Shown piece after piece: positions 59,586-64,000 of a DNA stretch of 64,000 bases. The stretch is from Anaerolineales bacterium (GTDB lineage: Bacteria > Chloroflexota > Anaerolineae > Anaerolineales > UBA11579), in the NCBI GenBank assembly GCA_026129335.1, contig JAHCIH010000003.1, positions 20,534 to 84,533 of the forward strand. The letters are read 5' to 3'. The position numbers and the translations under genes are program-made. Positions within the stretch are counted from its first letter, which is position 1, and each line of letters opens with the position of its first letter. Under the pieces are notes generated by a model, which was not told the origin of the DNA, ran no database searches, and saw nothing but the letters and a program-made list of their open reading frames with translations.

Positions 59586-62500
59586 TTAGTTCTTCTTTTT
59601 GCCGCGGCGGCGCTTGCGCTTGCCGGCCTTGCCCCCGCCGCCGTTGGCGGCGGGTTGGGCCGCCGGGGCTGCGGCTGCGGCCGCAGCCGGCACAGCCATA
59701 CGTGCCGGCTGACTGGGCGCCGAGGCCACTTGGGGCTGGAAGACGAACATGCGGTTGACCATGCTGGTACGCATGTCGGCGAACAGCTCCTGGAACATGC
59801 GGAATGCCTGGGCCTTGTATTCCACCAGCGGATCGCGCTGGGCATAGGCCTCCAGGCGGATGGAGATGCGCAGCGCTTCCATGCGGGTGAGGTAATCCAC
59901 CCACAGTTCGGTGATCACGCGCAGCAGCAGCTGGCGATAGTTCTCGGAGATGGAGCGCTTGCCTAGTTCCTGGATGGCCTTCTCTTTGGCTTCGTCGTCC
60001 AGGCTGCTCAGCGGCTGGCCATCCAGGCCCGCCAGCGCGTCGGCGCCCAGGGCGGCTTGCAGCGCGGCCTGGCCGGTGGCGTTCAGTGCGGCCAGCCCGC
60101 CGGCGGCGATGCTCTCCCAGGCGGCCTTGCCCCAAATGGTCTGCACGGCGGCCTGCGCCTGCTTGAGGTGAGCCAGCACGTTTGCGGTGACCTGCTCGGC
60201 GCTGAGCCCTTCCAGGAAGCGAGCCGCGTAATGGGTGAAGGTCAGCCGGCGCTGGCGCTGCAGCACCTGCTTGTGGGTGCGCTTGTCGAAGGCGGTGACC
60301 TGGCTTTCCGGCAGGCTGAGCAGGATGCGCAGCAGCTGCTCGTCTGCAGGCGGGTCGCCGGCGCTGCGCAGCGCTTCGGCTACCTCGCGGGCGATCTGGC
60401 CCTCGCCGTTTTCGCCCAGCAGCCGCCCGCGGCGGGCGGTGAACTCCTCGGCTACCTTGGCGGTCAGGGTTTCGCCCACCTGCCTCCAGTCCTGCGCGGC
60501 GAGTTCTTCGGGCTTGAGGCCCAGCTCGCTCTCCAGGCGGCGCTCCAGCGCGCCGAGCACGCGCAGCACCGCCTGGGCGCGCAGGTTCTGCTCGACGATA
60601 TCGTGCAGCAAATCGGCGGCCCCGCTGTCGCCCAGCTGCAGGGTTTGCAGCTCTTCCCGGCCCAGCTTGAGCGGCACGTGCAGCAGGGCGCTCGCCTCGC
60701 GTTCCAGTTCAGCAACGGAGCGCGGCTGGCCCTCTTCCTCCAGGCGGATGCCCTGCAGGAAAGTGTCGATCGTGTCGATGGCCTCGTTCATCTGCTGGTC
60801 GAGGCGTTCTTCACTCTGCTCCAGCAGCGCCTGCAGGCTGCGCTGCAAATGCTCTTCTTCGGCGGCCAGGGCCTCGCCGGCGATGTCAATCAAGCCCTGC
60901 TGGGCGGAGGCGCTCTTTCGCTTGAATTCGTCCAACAATAACTGGATGGTGAACGAGGGCACGATGACCTGGTTGACCATCAGGTTGGGTTGGATCTGCT
61001 CCAGCCAGGCAAGCAGCTTCCAGGGCCCTTCGGGGTCGTCCAGAGCGGCCGGCACGCGCAGGTGCACTTCTTCTTCGAGCATCTCGAGCACATCTTCGAC
61101 CAGGTCTTCCTTGGTCATGATGCGCTCGCGCTGCGCGTAGACCGTGGCGCGCTGCGTGTTGAGCACATCGTCGTATTCCAGCAGGTGTTTGCGAGCGTCG
61201 AAGTTGGCGCCCTCGACGCGGGTTTGCGATTGTTCGATGACCCGGCTGACCAGGCCGTATTCAAGCGGCACGGAATCGTCCATGCGCATGCGTTCCATCA
61301 TGGCTTCCACCTGCGCGCCGCCGAATAGGCGCATTAGGTCGTCTTGCAGCGAGAGGTAGAAGCGCGAAGAGCCGGGGTCGCCCTGGCGGCCCGAACGGCC
61401 GCGCAGCTGGTTGTCGATGCGCCGTGCCTCGTGGCGCTCGCTGCCGATCACGTGCAGCCCGCCCAGCTCCTTCACCTTGGCCATCTCTTCCACCGACTTG
61501 AGGAAGAATTCCACCTCAGCCTTGTAGATGCCGTAGTCTTCGGGCTTGAGCTGCAGCAGCGCATCGCGCTGCTGCTCGATGGTCATCTCCGAGGTCTCGC
61601 CCACGCCCGCCTTGCGCAGCACGCGGCTGACCGCCGAGAGCACCTCTTCGGCGATCTCGCCGCCCAGCTTGATGTCCACGCCGCGGCCGGCCATGTTGGT
61701 GGCGATAGTCACCGCCCCGAAAGCGCCGGCGCCGGCGATGATCTGGCTTTCTTCGGTGTGCTTGCGGGCGTTGAGCACGGAGTGCGGCACGCCGCCTTTG
61801 AGCACCGCGGCGAGGCGCGGTGCGTCTCCCTGGCCCAGGGCGAGCAGGTCCAGCAGGCGCGCCAGGTTCTCTTCGCTCTGCAGGTTGAGGTCAATGCCCA
61901 GCTCGCGGGCGCGTTGGCGCAGGTCGCCGTTGTTGATCTTTTCCAGCGGCTCGTAGAGCGGCTGCAGCTCGGGGATGATGAAACCATCATCCTGCTTGTT
62001 GTTCTGCTCCAGCCACACGGCGCGCAACAGGGCGATCTGCAGCAGGCGCTGGATGGCATCTGCCCGCAGGCGGTTGGAGAGCAGGTCCGAGTTTTCCACC
62101 GAGGTGGTGCCCACCAGGATCGGGCGCCCCTGCACGTGGATGCTGATGATTTCCTTAATAATGGCGCGCAGTTTAGCTTCCCCGCTGCGGTAAACCACAT
62201 CCGGGTAATCCCGGCGCTTCCACAGCGCGGGCAGCTTGTCCGCATCCTCTTTGCGCGCGTAATAGGTGTATTTGTAGCCCGATTCGTCTTTGTCTTCGAC
62301 CACCTGCAGCTCGGAGTCGGGCTGCTCGGCGTTGTACTCCACGTTTTGAGGCAGCGGAGCCACGTCGAGCTTGTAGATCTTGTCGAATTCCTCCGCCTCG
62401 GTGAGCGCAGTACCGGTCATGCCGGCGAGCTTCTCGTACATGCGGAAGTAGTTTTGGATGGTGATCGTGGCGTAGGTGACGTTCTCCGCCTGAATCTTGA

Positions 62501-63626
62501 CGCCCTCTTTCGCCTCGGTGGCCTGATGCAGGCCGTCGGACCAGCGGCGGCCGGGCATCAAGCGCCCGGTGAATTCGTCGATGATCACCACCTCGCCGCC
62601 CTGCACCAGGTAGTCCTTGTTGCGCTTGAACAGGTACTGCGCCCGCAGCGCCTGCTCCACGAAACCCATCAGTCGCGCCTGTTCGGGGCTGATGTCCTCC
62701 GGGCGCTCCGGGTCGCGCAGGGCCACGCCGAGCAACTGCTCGATGTGCGCCTCGCCGATCTCGGTCAGGCTGATCGTTTTGTCTTTTTCATTGATGTCGT
62801 AGTCTTCCGGGTTGAGCCGCTTGACCACATCGGCCATGCGCTTGTAGTGTTCCGCTTCGTCGTGGGCGGGGCCGGAGATGATCAGCGGGGTACGCGCTTC
62901 ATCGATCAGTACATTGTCCACTTCGTCGATGATGGCGAAATAATGGCCGCGCTGCACACCCTCGTCCGGGCGCATGCGCATGTTGTCGCGCAAATAGTCG
63001 AAGCCGAATTCGTTGTTGGTGCCGTAGGTGATATCGGCGGTATACGCCTCGGCGCGCGGCACCTGGTCCAGCTGGTGCTGGTCTTCGTGGTTCGACTCTT
63101 TTTTGAGGTTGACGATGTAGGCATAGCGCGAGCTGTCGCCACCGGAGCCCATCTGTAGCACGCCCACCTTGAGGCCGAGGAAGTCGAAAATCGGCGCCAT
63201 CCAGCGCGCGTCACGGCGGGCCAGGTAATCGTTCACCGTCACCAGGTGTACGCCTTTGCCGGCCAGCGCGTTCAAATACAGGGGCAGCGTGGCCACCAGC
63301 GTCTTGCCCTCGCCGGTGCGCATCTCGGCGATCTTGCCCTGGTGCAGGGCCATGCCGCCCATCAGCTGCACGTCGAAATGGCGCAGACCCAAGGTGCGCT
63401 TGCTGGCTTCCCGCACCGTGGCGAAAGCCTCCGCGAGCAGTTCGTCCAGCGTTTGCCCCTGGATCAGCCGCTGGCGGAATTCGTCTGTTTTGGCGCGCAG
63501 CGCCTCATCGGAAAGGGCCTCGTACTCTGCTTCCAGCCCGTTGATGAATTTGACCATCTCGCTGTAGGCGACGACGGCTTGTTTGTTGGGATCCCCCCCG
63601 ATGATTTTGGTAATTCTTTTTAACAT
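59586..63626 (-). CDS. secA: preprotein translocase ATPase SecA, unusually long (1346 aa)
   Basis: [51 protein letters not shown] and [19 protein letters not shown]. There are large extra segments, and a basic, Cys-free C-terminus. Confidence 0.9.
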   Translation of the reverse strand: MLKRITKIIGGDPNKQAVVAYSEMVKFINGLEAEYEALSDEALRAKTDEFRQRLIQGQTLDELLAEAFATVREASKRTLGLRHFDVQLMGGMALHQGKIAEMRTGEGKTLVATLPLYLNALAGKGVHLVTVNDYLARRDARWMAPIFDFLGLKVGVLQMGSGGDSSRYAYIVNLKKESNHEDQHQLDQVPRAEAYTADITYGTNNEFGFDYLRDNMRMRPDEGVQRGHYFAIIDEVDNVLIDEARTPLIISGPAHDEAEHYKRMADVVKRLNPEDYDINEKDKTISLTEIGEAHIEQLLGVALRDPERPEDISPEQARLMGFVEQALRAQYLFKRNKDYLVQGGEVVIIDEFTGRLMPGRRWSDGLHQATEAKEGVKIQAENVTYATITIQNYFRMYEKLAGMTGTALTEAEEFDKIYKLDVAPLPQNVEYNAEQPDSELQVVEDKDESGYKYTYYARKEDADKLPALWKRRDYPDVVYRSGEAKLRAIIKEIISIHVQGRPILVGTTSVENSDLLSNRLRADAIQRLLQIALLRAVWLEQNNKQDDGFIIPELQPLYEPLEKINNGDLRQRARELGIDLNLQSEENLARLLDLLALGQGDAPRLAAVLKGGVPHSVLNARKHTEESQIIAGAGAFGAVTIATNMAGRGVDIKLGGEIAEEVLSAVSRVLRKAGVGETSEMTIEQQRDALLQLKPEDYGIYKAEVEFFLKSVEEMAKVKELGGLHVIGSERHEARRIDNQLRGRSGRQGDPGSSRFYLSLQDDLMRLFGGAQVEAMMERMRMDDSVPLEYGLVSRVIEQSQTRVEGANFDARKHLLEYDDVLNTQRATVYAQRERIMTKEDLVEDVLEMLEEEVHLRVPAALDDPEGPWKLLAWLEQIQPNLMVNQVIVPSFTIQLLLDEFKRKSASAQQGLIDIAGEALAAEEEHLQRSLQALLEQSEERLDQQMNEAIDTIDTFLQGIRLEEEGQPRSVAELEREASALLHVPLKLGREELQTLQLGDSGAADLLHDIVEQNLRAQAVLRVLGALERRLESELGLKPEELAAQDWRQVGETLTAKVAEEFTARRGRLLGENGEGQIAREVAEALRSAGDPPADEQLLRILLSLPESQVTAFDKRTHKQVLQRQRRLTFTHYAARFLEGLSAEQVTANVLAHLKQAQAAVQTIWGKAAWESIAAGGLAALNATGQAALQAALGADALAGLDGQPLSSLDDEAKEKAIQELGKRSISENYRQLLLRVITELWVDYLTRMEALRISIRLEAYAQRDPLVEYKAQAFRMFQELFADMRTSMVNRMFVFQPQVASAPSQPARMAVPAAAAAAAPAAQPAANGGGGKAGKRKRRRGKKKN

Positions 63627-63686
63627 GCCTTCTTTATGCTCCGGCGGCGATTATAGCATGTGGACTTTTGCATTGAATTCGGCGGC

Positions 63687-63721
63687 GGCAACCTTAAAAC
63701 ATCGCCTGTTTTAAGGTTGCC
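63687..63721. repeat. perfect 15-bp inverted repeat in the secA/dnaE divergent region
   Basis: GGCAACCTTAAAACA (63687..63701), loop tcgcc, then TGTTTTAAGGTTGCC (63707..63721). Confidence 0.85.
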
Positions 63722-63800
63722 GTGAAAGCTGGCCGCACCCCGGATGCTATAATCATCCCGTTCGACCCCCAGGCAGGCTCCTAAAAACAGACAAACCCTC

Positions 63801-64000
63801 ATGTCCTTCGCCCACCTCCACGTTCATACGGAATACTCGTTGCTAGACGGGTTCAGCAAAATTCCTGAACTGGTGGGCCAGGCCAAAGCGCTGGGCATGC
63901 AGCACCTGGCGATCACCGACCACGGCGCCATGTACGGCGTGATCGATTTCTTCAACGCGGCCAAAGAGCAGGACATCCACCCGATCATCGGCATGGAAGC
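63801..64000 (+). CDS. dnaE: DNA polymerase III alpha subunit (canonical DnaE), N-terminal PHP domain, partial
   Basis: Hand translation: [67 protein letters not shown]. It runs off the window end. TG-n-TATAAT at 63745..63753. Confidence 0.85.
   Translation, partial: [66 protein letters not shown]

Overview
This is a high-GC bacterial chromosomal segment, densely coded and mostly housekeeping. All protein family calls come from motif recognition by eye. No database search was possible.

Lineage (low-confidence inference): Chloroflexota-like. The hints are a mevalonate-pathway decarboxylase, many leaderless-looking promoters, and heptamer-phased intergenic repeats.

Housekeeping content:
- Transport and secretion: an amino-acid ABC transporter, a complete Dpp/Opp-type peptide ABC transporter, tatA, secG and a very long secA.
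- DNA repair and replication: radC, uvrB, uvrC, mutM, a DnaE2-like polymerase, and the start of the canonical dnaE.
- Metabolism: ggt, ppa, moaB, argF, prs, and a B12-binding mutase subunit with MeaB.
- Other: rseP, an SLT transglycosylase, an ECF sigma with a ZAS anti-sigma, rpmB, rpsR and tRNA-Lys(CTT).

Two visibly AT-richer accessory islets stand out:
1. About 16.8-25.3 kb. It holds an orphan Phd-like antitoxin, a VapBC module, and a Panacea(DUF4065)-type antitoxin paired with an unassigned MazF-like small protein. It also holds a res-mod type III restriction-modification locus. Its res gene carries a perfect (AGCC)24 tetranucleotide tract that breaks the reading frame, plus further frameshifts. 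The mod gene is intact but compositionally mosaic.
2. About 45.9-47.1 kb. This is a single low-GC gene next to tRNA-Lys. It fuses an unknown N-terminal domain to a NucS/DUF91-like PD-(D/E)xK nuclease domain.

Other notable signals:
- A perfect GAAC-N4-GTTC SOS box sits between the DnaE2-like gene and a divergent HExxH protein.
- A family of 7-nt-phased intergenic repeats forms hairpins.
- A GCCCCTAC-ended palindromic element family recurs in intergenic DNA.
- At least seven genes have -10 boxes only 6-10 nt upstream of the start codon.
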